A stretch of DNA of 64,000 nt, from assembly GCA_016201505.1 (NCBI GenBank), contig JACQCQ010000013.1, positions 5,285-69,284 on the forward strand, written 5' to 3'. The notes under the pieces are model-generated. The model ran no database searches and was not told the origin of the DNA. It saw nothing but the letters and a program-made list of their open reading frames with translations. A program made the position numbers and the translations under genes. Within the stretch, counting starts at the first letter, position 1. Each line of letters opens with the position of its first letter. This DNA comes from Candidatus Sungiibacteriota bacterium. Its GTDB lineage: Bacteria; Patescibacteriota; Minisyncoccia; Sungbacterales; JACQCQ01. Of the stretch, positions 48,333 through 58,377 are shown in pieces.

Positions 48333-48830
48333 TTATAGTTTTAAACTCCCAACAACGGCCGCGGCCATCAAGAGAAGCTGAAGCGAGACGCCAAAAATCG
48401 GCCGATGATCGAGATCGCGGCGCGCATGAATCCAGATATGGAATCTTTGCAGTGTTGTCAGCGGTTGATACCGCCATTTCCAATAGACGAACTGCAGCGG
48501 GTCCGGCAAAATCCCGGCCATCGCGCCAAGCAAAACAATGAATGAGGCACTATGCAACCAGGAATGAAATAACAGGAAACTGATTAGGATCCCGAAAATC
48601 ACATCTAGCCCGATTTTGGCGAAGTCGAATGGAAAGTCGCGGCCAATCTGCATATCGCTTTTTCTAAAATCTTGTTTATTTATTTCAAATGAAGCCACCG
48701 GATAATGCCAATGCGGCATGGCATCAATCATAAAATGCGACAGAAAGCCGGCGGAAAATGCCAGGACAGGGTGCGTGGGGAAGATACTGGCGGCGGCCGC
48801 GCCGACAACGGCGTGAGTCGTAAGCGTCAT
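48333..48830 (-). CDS. Membrane protein, metal-dependent hydrolase-like
   Basis: TH.VVG, SHF..DAMPH, PD, H..IH motifs. Confidence 0.65.
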   Translation of the reverse strand: MTLTTHAVVGAAAASIFPTHPVLAFSAGFLSHFMIDAMPHWHYPVASFEINKQDFRKSDMQIGRDFPFDFAKIGLDVIFGILISFLLFHSWLHSASFIVLLGAMAGILPDPLQFVYWKWRYQPLTTLQRFHIWIHARRDLDHRPIFGVSLQLLLMAAAVVGSLKL

Positions 48831-48920
48831 ATCTTAGATAACGCGTGCTTCATAATAACAAAATAATAAACGAGGAGGCTCTTATCTTTTTCTGGCTCGC
48901 GAGCCGCCAGCCAATAGATT

Positions 48921-50363
48921 TTAAAAGTCTTTGAGACCATTTAACTTGGCGCGGGTTTTAACGCCGACCGACCCGTAGCCCGTGTCGCCTTTTTTGGCGA
49001 TGCCGTATCGCGCCTGGAACCGAATCACCGCGGCTTGAGTCGCCGGGCCGTAATAACCGGAAACTGTTTTTTCCGGATAGAGTGTCGGGTCCTGGCGCAA
49101 GAGCTGCTGCAGGGCCGTTACTTGCTTATTGGATGAGCCCTTTGAAAGATAGAGCGTGAAGGGAATCGTATGGACGACTTTGATTGAACCCTGACTGGCA
49201 GTCCCCGCTCCGGCAGCTCCTGAAGCCTGGCTGGTAGTTGAACTTACAGCGGAAGAGGGGCTCGATCCCGGCGGTAAAATTGTAAGCACAATAGTTTTTG
49301 ACTTCAGGGGGTCATAGGTTCCGGTCAGACTTTCTGGGAGAAGCATAAAAGAGACAGTTTGCGGGATACCGGTGTGATTGGAAAACGCGATTGTGCTGCT
49401 TCCGGTAACCGAAAGGGGCTGGGGGAGAGCAAGCCCGACGCAATGAAGAGCGATGACCGGATCCCAGAGACTGCTGGTCGCAGTGACGGCGTCACTGCAG
49501 GGCAGCTGGATATTCGTGCCCGAGGCGTTTCTCGCATCCCAAGAAAAATAAATCGGCTCACCGGAGAGAGCGATAGTTTTGGAACTGGTAAATGAGAAAA
49601 TAGATTCTGACTGCGGCGGCAGAGCGCCGCCGACTGTGAGTGAAAGCGAGATGCCGTGCGTGCCGTCATAGACGCCGGGTACAATGGCCGGCAAAACACG
49701 AACGCCAAGAGTGGCAGAGGAGTAGGACGCATTGGAAAATGAAATCGTAACCGAGCCCGAACCGGCGAGATCCGAGGTATAGGCCAGGCCGTTGCAGGGC
49801 AGGGCGTTGGTGACTGAAGGACTTTGCGAGAAAACCTGAATACCCGATACGCAATCAAACTGGAGATTGGCGCCTCCAATATCAATCCCCGTCCAGGTGA
49901 GCGTCAGCGCCGTTCCCGGAATCGGATATTGGGTTGAGGCGGAAAAATTACTAATCGGATGCGGTATGGGGCCGACTGTAATGGTTGTACTGACGCCTCC
50001 CGCGTCATAATCGGCGCCGCTCGCGTCCTTTGGAGTCACACGGACAGTTACGGATTGTGTGGCCCCTGTGGCGTTAATGATTTGAAACCCGGCCGAGTCT
50101 GAAGCATAGGAACTTACAGATTGTTTCGTATTGCAGGGGAAGGCCGCGCCCGCGTCGGTCTTTAGACTGATCCCCTGATTACAGAAAAAATAAAGATTAT
50201 GTCCGCTGCCGTTGGTGATAGCCCATGACAGGGCCGTGAACTGGCCGTAGCTGATTGAGGAAGGAGTCGCAGAAAAAGACGTGACTGCCGGATTATCGGC
50301 GCTCGCCACCGCCGGCAGGACACCAAAGATGGTAAACAGAAGCAAAAGATAAAATTTCTTCAT
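48921..50363 (-). CDS. Secreted Ser/Thr-rich repeat protein with C-terminal peptidoglycan-binding domain
   Basis: Signal peptide; three Ig-like repeats with Cys pairs; LSKGS...V.ALQ.LL...GYYGPAT.AAV.RFQ. Confidence 0.85.
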   Translation of the reverse strand: MKKFYLLLLFTIFGVLPAVASADNPAVTSFSATPSSISYGQFTALSWAITNGSGHNLYFFCNQGISLKTDAGAAFPCNTKQSVSSYASDSAGFQIINATGATQSVTVRVTPKDASGADYDAGGVSTTITVGPIPHPISNFSASTQYPIPGTALTLTWTGIDIGGANLQFDCVSGIQVFSQSPSVTNALPCNGLAYTSDLAGSGSVTISFSNASYSSATLGVRVLPAIVPGVYDGTHGISLSLTVGGALPPQSESIFSFTSSKTIALSGEPIYFSWDARNASGTNIQLPCSDAVTATSSLWDPVIALHCVGLALPQPLSVTGSSTIAFSNHTGIPQTVSFMLLPESLTGTYDPLKSKTIVLTILPPGSSPSSAVSSTTSQASGAAGAGTASQGSIKVVHTIPFTLYLSKGSSNKQVTALQQLLRQDPTLYPEKTVSGYYGPATQAAVIRFQARYGIAKKGDTGYGSVGVKTRAKLNGLKDF

Positions 50364-50408
50364 ACTATTATTATATTGATGGTACCATATCAGCCAATCA
50401 TCAAATTT

Positions 50409-51059
50409 ATGTATAAGCATGTCAAAACAATAACGGCAGCAGGATTAATGGTTCTCTTCGCAGGAGTTACTGCCTTTATTTTGACAAAGTACCCGACTTT
50501 TTCAACCTCGCCCTCGAGCCGCTCCGCGCAAGGACTGGCGGGATCAAACGCTCTACCTAAAGGGTTACTGCCGCCGATCGATAATGCCCTTTTACGCATC
50601 ACCAAAAAATCATTTGGTGTCTATGTTGCGCCGGCTAACTCGCCGGTAAGCCCCGAGCGATTTAAGGGATACCACACCGGAGTCGATTTTGAAACCTATC
50701 CCGCAGAAAAAGATTTAGATGTTTCAATATACGCCGCCTGCACCGGGCTGCTCCGTCTAAAAAAATGGGCCGCGGGATATGGCGGCGTTTTGCGGGAAGA
50801 ATGCAGGCTCGATAATCAGGCTGTTACGATTGTGTACGGACACGTCAAACTTTCAAGCGTGACAAGCGATGTTGGGAGAACCTTAACCGCGGGAGAAAAA
50901 ATCGCGATTCTTGGCGCGGGATACAGCAGCGAAACTGACGGCGAGCGAAAACATCTGCATTTTGGCATTCACCGAGGTACTGCAATTGATATTCGCGGCT
51001 ACGTACAAAACGAAACTGAATTAAAAAATTGGCTTGATCCGCAAATATTTTTTAGATAA
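50409..51059 (+). CDS. M23 family peptidase
   Basis: YHTGVDF, YGHV, HLHFGI. Confidence 0.9.
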   Translation: MYKHVKTITAAGLMVLFAGVTAFILTKYPTFSTSPSSRSAQGLAGSNALPKGLLPPIDNALLRITKKSFGVYVAPANSPVSPERFKGYHTGVDFETYPAEKDLDVSIYAACTGLLRLKKWAAGYGGVLREECRLDNQAVTIVYGHVKLSSVTSDVGRTLTAGEKIAILGAGYSSETDGERKHLHFGIHRGTAIDIRGYVQNETELKNWLDPQIFFR

Positions 51060-51101
51060 TCAGTTAAGCTGAACCTGTTTCAGTCGGAGTTGCAAGTTTG
51101 T

Positions 51102-51177
51102 TGGCTGGGGAGCTAGGGCTCGAACCTAGAGTTTCCTGCTCCAAAGGCAGGCGTGTTGCCAATTACACTACTCCCCA
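51102..51177 (-). tRNA. tRNA-Gln (TTG), CCA encoded
   Basis: TGGGGAG acceptor, CCTGC-CTTTGGA-GCAGG anticodon arm, GGTTCGAGCC. Confidence 0.96.
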
Positions 51178-51184
51178 AATATAT

Positions 51185-51451
51185 TTATTTTCCTTTCTTT
51201 TTTGGCAACGGGCCGATCATAGTTTCGATCTCCTTTACACCCTCGCGTGATAACCAGTATTGTTCCTTCATTTTAACCTGCTTAAAGGACTTTACCGACT
51301 CCTTATGGACCAACTGCATGGGAAGCCTGTATTTTGTACCGCGCTTCGCGCCGGCTTCATGCTCGGCCATGGCAAGAGACAAGTCTTCCGTATGCCCAAT
51401 GTATATACCACCATCGCGCTCGCTTTTCAAAATGTAGACGATGTATTTCAT
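51185..51451 (-). CDS. Small GIY-YIG nuclease family protein (catalytic Arg appears lost)
   Basis: YIVYILKS...IYIGHT.DL....EH..G....TK...P. Confidence 0.82.
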   Translation of the reverse strand: MKYIVYILKSERDGGIYIGHTEDLSLAMAEHEAGAKRGTKYRLPMQLVHKESVKSFKQVKMKEQYWLSREGVKEIETMIGPLPKKKGK

Positions 51452-51508
51452 ACAATTCCAAATTCCTAATTTCTAATATCTAATGAAAATACGGAAAGAT
51501 TCATGCCC

Positions 51509-51871
51509 TTACTTTAACTGATTCAGTCTAGAATTTTTTATTATTGTAATGAGAATAAGTTGCAATTCATGAGCTTCCTGCGAAAGCCTCTTCGATTTTC
51601 CATCGAGCTCTGGACTAGCCTTAATTACCATTCTCAACCAATGTCTCGACTCCTTAGCTTCTTTCTTTGAAATCCCGAGTTTGTGCTCAAAATCTTTTCT
51701 GGATTCAGCTGAATCGGCTTCGCAATAATTAGCACCCACGCTGGTTCCGGCCCTTATGAGCTGACTAATGAGCGGAATAGTAACAACATTTTTTGGAATT
51801 TCTTTGGCAAACTCAATAATATCTTCACCGAATTTAGCTGTTCTTTCTTCTAGATCATAGTTTCTAGGCAT
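51509..51871 (-). CDS. Four helix bundle protein (23S rRNA IVS protein family)
   Basis: DLEERT..F, QLIRAGTSVGANY.EA..AES.KDF.HK..IS.KEA.E..HWL. Confidence 0.93.
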   Translation of the reverse strand: MPRNYDLEERTAKFGEDIIEFAKEIPKNVVTIPLISQLIRAGTSVGANYCEADSAESRKDFEHKLGISKKEAKESRHWLRMVIKASPELDGKSKRLSQEAHELQLILITIIKNSRLNQLK

Positions 51872-51882
51872 TGAATTTGGAA

Positions 51883-52629
51883 TTAGAAATTAGATATTAG
51901 TCGTTGAGATTTGGCTTGCCCAAATCTATAAATCACATCTTTCCGCTCAACGACCACTTCCCAATTGTGGGCTCTCGCATAACGAAACAGTTTCATCGAG
52001 GGATTGAAGACTACCGGACGGTCTACCATTTTAAGGAACGGGATGTCAGACTCCGTATCCCCCACCCCGACCGAATTTTTGAGCGTTAAATTATTTTTCT
52101 TCATCGCGCGGCGCAAAGTTTCGGCTTTATTCAAAATAGTCGCCTCATAGAGCACTTTTCCGGTGAAGCGAACCTGACTGTCAACCTCGTAAACCATCGA
52201 ATAGGTTTTATCGAAATGTAGCGACTTGGCAAAGGGTGCGACAATTTCGTAGGGCGAATGTGAAATGGCCAGCAAAAAATGCGTGCGGCGCAGTTTTTGC
52301 ACCAGATCGCGGGTATAGCGATAGAGCCGCACGCGATGAAAGGCCAAAACCTTAGCCGCCACCTTCCAGACATCGGCCCGCCGCACGCCCCGGATATGAT
52401 GTTCGTAGGCCGAGACGACCTTTGAAATATATTCATAATAGGAAAAGCCGGTTTTGACATTGCCTTCGCGGGCGATCCAGCGATTGTAAGCGTCGCTATA
52501 GCTTCGTTTGGCGCCCGGCGGGAAGATGCCCTCTTGAATTAAGGCTTCAACGAGTTCAATCAACAGCGAGGAACGAAAAATTGTGCCGTCGATGTCGAAG
52601 ACCGCAACTTGCAGAGGAGGCTTCGCCAT
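51883..52629 (-). CDS. HAD family hydrolase (subfamily IB, SerB-like)
   Basis: FDIDGTI, IS.SP, K, GDTESD.P.L..V..P..FNP. Confidence 0.9.
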   Translation of the reverse strand: MAKPPLQVAVFDIDGTIFRSSLLIELVEALIQEGIFPPGAKRSYSDAYNRWIAREGNVKTGFSYYEYISKVVSAYEHHIRGVRRADVWKVAAKVLAFHRVRLYRYTRDLVQKLRRTHFLLAISHSPYEIVAPFAKSLHFDKTYSMVYEVDSQVRFTGKVLYEATILNKAETLRRAMKKNNLTLKNSVGVGDTESDIPFLKMVDRPVVFNPSMKLFRYARAHNWEVVVERKDVIYRFGQAKSQRLISNF

Positions 52630-52649
52630 ATTATTTTTCTGCTCTCATC

Positions 52650-53804
52650 TTATGCGGTGATTTCAAGCGCGGCCAATTCAAGCGGCAATCCCGGAACCGG
52701 CGAACGGCGGTATTTTTGCGCAATATCCGAGAGGACCATTAAAATTCGTTTTAAGTGAATGCCGTCCGTAGCGCTGATGACCACATCCAGCGCCTTCATT
52801 TCTTCATCCAAAAGCTCATCGGCGACTGCGGCTTTTAATGCCGGATCGATTTTAGCGAGTATCCCGTTCCGCGCAAGACGCACCAGCGACTTTAAAATCT
52901 GGTGCGCGTCATAACCGGCTTCAACCGCGTTTTTAATCAACTCGATGGCCTTTTTGGCCTCGCGGGCCGCTAGTGCTTGATACATTGATACTATGATTTC
53001 TCTTCTGGGGAGACCTAAAATTTCCTCAACCAGCTCTTTGGTGACGGTACGCTCCTCGATGGCTAAAATTTTTCCCAAAATGCTTTCGGCGTCACGGAGT
53101 GACCCTTCGGCGGAAATGGCGACGAGTCTTGCGGCATCCGAATCCAGTTTTACTTTTTCCTTGGCCGCGATGGATGCGAGTCGTTCTGAAATGACAGCCA
53201 CCGACGGCCGCTTGAATTGATAGTGCTGGGTGCGCGAGATAATCGTCGCGGGCACTTTGTCAATTTCGGTTGTAGCCAAGACAAAAATGGCGTGCTCCGG
53301 CGGCTCCTCGAGCGTTTTCAAAAGCGCATTAAAAGCCGGCGGGGTCAGCATATGCACCTCGTCAATAATGTAGGTTTTCTTGCCGCCTTCGGCCGGAACG
53401 TATCGCACCGCCTCCCTTAACTCGCGGATTTCATCGATGCCGCGATTGGAGGCCGCGTCGATTTCTATAATGTCAAACGACGCGCCGTCATTATAGCGGA
53501 TGCAGGAATCGCAGGTGTTACAAGGGATTTCCAGCCCGCCTTCGCCAAGGCTGCGGCGGGTGCTTAATTTGTCAGCAGAATTTACCATGCGGGACAAATT
53601 GGCACAATTAACGGCTTTGGCAATCAGTCGCGCGACCGTCGTTTTCCCCACGCCATGCGGACCGGAAAATAAATAGGCGTGCGCCACGCGCCCAGTCTCG
53701 ACGGCATTTAAAATCGCGCGCACCGTCGGCTCCTGGCCCACGACTTCAAGAAAACTGGTCGGGCGGTATTTTCGATAGAGTACGAGGTGATCTTGCCGGT
53801 TCAT
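52650..53804 (-). CDS. dnaX: DNA polymerase III subunit gamma/tau
   Basis: LYRKYRP, HAYLFSGP.GVGKTT, EIDAASN, IIDEVHML, FNALLKTLEEPP. Confidence 0.97.
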   Translation of the reverse strand: MNRQDHLVLYRKYRPTSFLEVVGQEPTVRAILNAVETGRVAHAYLFSGPHGVGKTTVARLIAKAVNCANLSRMVNSADKLSTRRSLGEGGLEIPCNTCDSCIRYNDGASFDIIEIDAASNRGIDEIRELREAVRYVPAEGGKKTYIIDEVHMLTPPAFNALLKTLEEPPEHAIFVLATTEIDKVPATIISRTQHYQFKRPSVAVISERLASIAAKEKVKLDSDAARLVAISAEGSLRDAESILGKILAIEERTVTKELVEEILGLPRREIIVSMYQALAAREAKKAIELIKNAVEAGYDAHQILKSLVRLARNGILAKIDPALKAAVADELLDEEMKALDVVISATDGIHLKRILMVLSDIAQKYRRSPVPGLPLELAALEITA

Positions 53805-53807
53805 CGG

Positions 53808-54419
53808 CTACATCTTCTCACGAAATACCACAAATTTGTAGCCCACAAAATTCCAAACAAAAGAGAATGCGATGGCCATTATTTTAGCAACATTGGCCCA
53901 TTGCGCGGCGGAGACGCCGCCGGGCGGCGCAATATAGCCGGTAAAGAGACCGACAATCAAGCTTGAAATAATGGCCGCCACCACGCTGACCGTCAAGAAC
54001 TCAAAAAACTGTGTGCGGCTCCTTCGCGCTTTACCCTCAAAAACCCATTTTTTATTCCATATGTAACTATTCACAACTGCCACTGTAAAGGAAACGGCGT
54101 TAATCAGGGCAAGCTGCAAACCCTTGTCATAGCCAGTGGCATAAATCAAAACATTATAGACGCCGAGGTCAAGCGCCGTATTCAAAACACCGATGAGCCC
54201 GAATTTAGCAATCTGCCAAATGATAGGCACCATTCGGCCGATGAGACTGGCGACAAAAACGCCCGCGGCCGAGAGAATTGGCAACAAAATCAAAAATGCC
54301 AGATACGGCGAAGGAATTTTAGCGATTAAATTTGTATTCGACAAAATGGGCAGCAAAAGCGCCCCGATGACGACGCCGATTACAAGACCGATAACAATAT
54401 CCCGCCAGACAATACGCAT
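53808..54419 (-). CDS. GtrA family membrane protein
   Basis: KFGLIGVLNT..D, NSYIWNK.WVF, WNF.GYKF.VF. Confidence 0.9.
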   Translation of the reverse strand: MRIVWRDIVIGLVIGVVIGALLLPILSNTNLIAKIPSPYLAFLILLPILSAAGVFVASLIGRMVPIIWQIAKFGLIGVLNTALDLGVYNVLIYATGYDKGLQLALINAVSFTVAVVNSYIWNKKWVFEGKARRSRTQFFEFLTVSVVAAIISSLIVGLFTGYIAPPGGVSAAQWANVAKIMAIAFSFVWNFVGYKFVVFREKM

Positions 54420-54491
54420 AAACTTGACAAATTATTTAATAAATGTAAGATGTAACTCCTCAATTCCATCTTACACGAAAGGAGGCGGAGC

Positions 54492-54791
54492 ATGCTCTTT
54501 CTGGGATTGCCGCTGCATGATGAATCAAGAAAAGAACTCTTGCCATTTATTGTAGCTGAAGTCCGAAAATATTTCCCAGGCCTTATCCGCATCGAGCCCA
54601 TGGAGCCGAAGCAAAATTCGGAGAAAACGGGCCCTTCCGGCGAAGTGATGTGCTTTTTCCAGGGTGATCCACCAGCCTGTAAGGCGTACCTAAGAGATTA
54701 TGCCGGATACATCCATGTCTATCTCCTGGGACGGCCGCCGGTCATTCTGCGAAATCCCTATGAAGAGCTCGAGGACCGCCTTGCTGGCTAG
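54492..54791 (+). CDS. Hypothetical protein
   Basis: TTGACA-16-TAAGAT promoter and AAAGGAGG SD upstream. Confidence 0.55.
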   Translation: MLFLGLPLHDESRKELLPFIVAEVRKYFPGLIRIEPMEPKQNSEKTGPSGEVMCFFQGDPPACKAYLRDYAGYIHVYLLGRPPVILRNPYEELEDRLAG

Positions 54792-54804
54792 CAGCGCGGT
54801 CCTT

Positions 54805-55560
54805 TTACTTCCCAAAGGGCACGTGCTTCTTTGAACCTTCTGCGATTACCCGATGCCGCACCAGATCATACATTTCTCGGCGTGAATCAGGACGTCCCGC
54901 GGACTCTTCGGCGATTTTTTTTATTTGCTCATCAATCACATCCCGGGCCTTTTTGAAATTTTCCTTGTATTGGGGAAATTTCTCGACTTCATACACCAGA
55001 CTCCGATAGAGACCGGCTAAAATGTTAATCTTGACCGCCAGCTGGTCCTCAACCCAATCGCCAATTTTTCCCTTCTTGCCATTTTCCAGCCAGGCTTTTT
55101 CTGCCTTCTTCCATTCGGCTTCGGCTTTGGGCGCATAGAGCAGCGTAACATGAGGAATTTGTTTCTGGATGACTTTACCCTCTTTATCGTGAACATCTAC
55201 CAGCGGACGTTTGCCGGTAAAATCGATGGATGCATCAAGGTCGCGCATGCGCTTTAACTTGGAAAACTCCTCTTCAGGCGAATGAGTATCGCTGACATCG
55301 ATTGCCATCCAGGCTCCGTTCCCCCAGCGCACGGCAAAATCAAATCCGTGCTGATGATAGGGTTTTCCCAGGTCGTCGTTTCTCTCGGCCTGCCTAATTT
55401 CTTTCACCCCCTCAAAGTGCTCCATCATAAATTCGGCTGTCATCTGCTCCAGGGCGAGACTAAAGTCTTCCGCATACCCGGGGGAATCTTCAAGGGGTTC
55501 GATGCGGGGGTTAATTTCTCTGGCCGCTTGTTCCTCCGGAGACCATTCTACGGATTTCAT
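54805..55560 (-). CDS. Hypothetical protein, possible PD-(D/E)XK-like fold
   Basis: E...F....D....GFDF......AIDV pattern; overlaps the ATPase gene. Confidence 0.5.
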   Translation of the reverse strand: MKSVEWSPEEQAAREINPRIEPLEDSPGYAEDFSLALEQMTAEFMMEHFEGVKEIRQAERNDDLGKPYHQHGFDFAVRWGNGAWMAIDVSDTHSPEEEFSKLKRMRDLDASIDFTGKRPLVDVHDKEGKVIQKQIPHVTLLYAPKAEAEWKKAEKAWLENGKKGKIGDWVEDQLAVKINILAGLYRSLVYEVEKFPQYKENFKKARDVIDEQIKKIAEESAGRPDSRREMYDLVRHRVIAEGSKKHVPFGK

Positions 55561-57971
55561 ATTTTTGCGTGACGCGCCATAATTTCGGCTTCAACGGCCT
55601 CACGCGACCGGCCGTATTTTGCGCGATTAATTTCTTTAATATGCTCGGCTCGTTCGCGGTCCGGCTTGGGTGCGGGATAGGTGCGCATGGAAAACGGGCG
55701 CGAAGTCTTGCCGGCGATAAGCAGCCTCACGTAGGCCTTGAAATTATCCAGTGAGATCAAATCGCGGCGCGAAAATTCAGGCGCGAATTGGTGTTCCATA
55801 AACTCGCCGTCTTCGGTGCCAATGCGAAATGAGGCCATCGAGCCGACGTTGCCGAATACCGCCTTTTTAATCTCCTCTTCCAATTGACCAATGTACTGAT
55901 GCGTCATGGTCAGGTTTAAACGATACTTTCTGGCTTCCGATAAAATCGTGGCGATGGATCTCGTGGTTACGTTATGGAACTCGTCAATGTACAGGAAAAA
56001 ATCGGGACGCGTTTCTTCAGAGGCGTTGGTCCGCGACAGCGCGGCAATCAAGAGCTTCCCGACTAAAATTAACCCGAGGAGAGAGGAATTTAACTCGCCG
56101 AGCCGGCCCTTGGATAAATTAATCAGCAGAATCTTTTTTTGATCCATCACGTCGCGGAAATTAAATGACGAGGTCTGCTGGACAATAATCGGCCGCATGA
56201 TGTCATTGGAAAGAAAGCCGTCGAACTTGGATGAAATGTAGGGCACCATATTGGCGAGCGAGGATTCGCCGCCGGCTTTTTCCGCTACCTCGGTCCAAAA
56301 GGATTTAACCAGAATATTTTGTGATTTCTCCAATTTCATTTGGCGGAACTCCTTATCGGCCAGCACGCGCCGGATTTCAAGCAAGGTATTGCCTGATGCC
56401 GGATCGTCCATCACGAGGAGCGCCGCATTCCGGAAATACTGCTCAAACTGCGGGCCGCCGGCAATCGACATATTAAAAAGTTTTTCAAAAATTTGCAGCA
56501 GTTCATTGACGAGCAACGTTTTCTGTTCGGGGAAGCGCGCGTCATACTCGAGCATATTAAGCCCCATCGGCCGCGCGATATCGCCCGGGTCGAAATAAAT
56601 CACGTCATCGATCCGTTCATTCGGGATAAAGCCTAAGGCATACTCGGGCAACTCCCCATGCGGGTCAATCACGCAGACGCCCTCGCCGGCTAAAATGTCT
56701 TGGACAATCAGGTTTTTTAAAAACACCGATTTTCCGGTTCCGGTCTGGCCCACGATATAAAAGTGGCGCCTGCGATCTTCGCGGCCAAATCGGATTTCGG
56801 TTTCAACGCCGCGAAAAAGATTATAGCCGAGCAATGTGCCGGTCTTTGGCAAATCAGACGGCGGCGAGGCCTCCTTGGCTTTTACAATTTCAAGCCCCGG
56901 CACATCCAGCGGCGTATTCGGAAAATGGAAAATACTGGTTAATTCAGCGGCAGACAATACCATGAGATGCGCTTGGCTAAAAAGGCGGAACGAATACTCA
57001 AAAATTTCCTCTTTTTGGTGAGACCGTTTGGCTCGGATAAAACGCAGGCTGTTTAGATTGGGGCTCGCGAGCTGGGTAAATGACTGCTCGAGGCTTTGCA
57101 AAATAGTCTCGGCGCGCTCATCAGTCGGCGCGGAGGCGACAATGCGGAGATTCGTTTCAAAAAGAGGCTTACCGGCTTTTTCTTCGAGAATCCGAGCCTT
57201 GTTTTCATCGAGCGGAGAACGAACCACTGGCAACTCCGCTTCTTTTTTGGGGTCCTTTTTCGAGCCCACCAACGCCTCCTTAAGCATACCTCCAACCCCC
57301 GGCGGCTTAGCCTTGCCTTGGTAGTAATTATCCGCCTGTGAAAGCAAAGCCTTTCTCCAGCGTTTGGCAGCCGGGCGAAAAAGGACTTGGATCGCCGCGC
57401 CCTCCGAGACTTCATCCAATTTCGTAAATACCGAGGCGGTTGTTTTTAAGGGATCGGTCTCCAATTCGCGGTAAGTCTTAATCGGCAAGACCTTGTCTTC
57501 GGCAAGTCGTGCATAGGCGATGGCCGAATGACCCGCGGGGGAAAAGATATTATAGTCGGGAGCTTCTGCGACATCTGCCGTCGGGTAATAGGCATGGATT
57601 AGTTTTTCCGCCGTATCTTTAAATTTTTTCGGCACGGCCGCATAAAATGAAAGTTCGGCGTCTTTGGCCGGCACTGTCAACTCAAAGGCGATCCAGGGAC
57701 GTGCAGAAAACCAACCGCGACTCTTCAGATTCGCGAAATTGGCATAGAGCTGTTCCATCACGCCAATTTGCTCACGGATGCGCTCCTGCGGCAGATTCTC
57801 TTCTTTTATTTCCGCCAGCGGTAAGCGCACCAGGAGGAGCGCTAAATTGAGCCCTCGTTCAAGCCTTTTTTTCCGTTTCAACCAGGATACCCCGATGATG
57901 AAAAAACCCGCTGAAAGAAGAAGCAGCAGGATGACGGCAAAAAGCGTGAGCGGAAATAACGAATCATTCAT
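55557..57971 (-). CDS. Membrane-anchored VirD4/TraG/HerA-like P-loop ATPase
   Basis: N-terminal TM; HFYIVGQTGTGKS, VIDPHG, LYIDEFH, LSEARKY, HQY..QL. Confidence 0.9.
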   Translation of the reverse strand: MNDSLFPLTLFAVILLLLLSAGFFIIGVSWLKRKKRLERGLNLALLLVRLPLAEIKEENLPQERIREQIGVMEQLYANFANLKSRGWFSARPWIAFELTVPAKDAELSFYAAVPKKFKDTAEKLIHAYYPTADVAEAPDYNIFSPAGHSAIAYARLAEDKVLPIKTYRELETDPLKTTASVFTKLDEVSEGAAIQVLFRPAAKRWRKALLSQADNYYQGKAKPPGVGGMLKEALVGSKKDPKKEAELPVVRSPLDENKARILEEKAGKPLFETNLRIVASAPTDERAETILQSLEQSFTQLASPNLNSLRFIRAKRSHQKEEIFEYSFRLFSQAHLMVLSAAELTSIFHFPNTPLDVPGLEIVKAKEASPPSDLPKTGTLLGYNLFRGVETEIRFGREDRRRHFYIVGQTGTGKSVFLKNLIVQDILAGEGVCVIDPHGELPEYALGFIPNERIDDVIYFDPGDIARPMGLNMLEYDARFPEQKTLLVNELLQIFEKLFNMSIAGGPQFEQYFRNAALLVMDDPASGNTLLEIRRVLADKEFRQMKLEKSQNILVKSFWTEVAEKAGGESSLANMVPYISSKFDGFLSNDIMRPIIVQQTSSFNFRDVMDQKKILLINLSKGRLGELNSSLLGLILVGKLLIAALSRTNASEETRPDFFLYIDEFHNVTTRSIATILSEARKYRLNLTMTHQYIGQLEEEIKKAVFGNVGSMASFRIGTEDGEFMEHQFAPEFSRRDLISLDNFKAYVRLLIAGKTSRPFSMRTYPAPKPDRERAEHIKEINRAKYGRSREAVEAEIMARHAKI

Positions 57972-57981
57972 AGAAATAAAT

Positions 57982-58368
57982 CTAAAGGGCGCGAATTTTA
58001 CCCGATGCCACTAACTTATCGAAATAATGATCGGACAGAGCGTCGTGTAAAGAATCGACGAGATACGGCGATTCGGCCGCGGCCTTTTTTACTGCAGACA
58101 TAATTCCCCGACGCAAGGCGATATCAACCAGAATTTTCACAGCTTGATCACTGGCGTCATCATCGGCTTTTTTTATAACCAGGGGCTTGGCGTCTGGGAT
58201 TGGTGCTTGCGGCTGATGCCTGACCGTTTCGCGAAAGGCCTCACGGAATATTTCTTTTCCTTCTCTCTCTTCGCCGGATCCTTCTAAAAGACGCTTTTTT
58301 TCTTCATAGCGGCGAATAACCTCCGCTTCGTCTAATTCCATCCGGGGTTCACCTCCATGTTCAGCCAT
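57982..58368 (-). CDS. Conserved-looking small protein
   Basis: LVDIAL..GI..AV..A....PY..D..HD.L. Confidence 0.65.
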   Translation of the reverse strand: MAEHGGEPRMELDEAEVIRRYEEKKRLLEGSGEEREGKEIFREAFRETVRHQPQAPIPDAKPLVIKKADDDASDQAVKILVDIALRRGIMSAVKKAAAESPYLVDSLHDALSDHYFDKLVASGKIRAL

Positions 58369-58377
58369 ACGAAAGTC

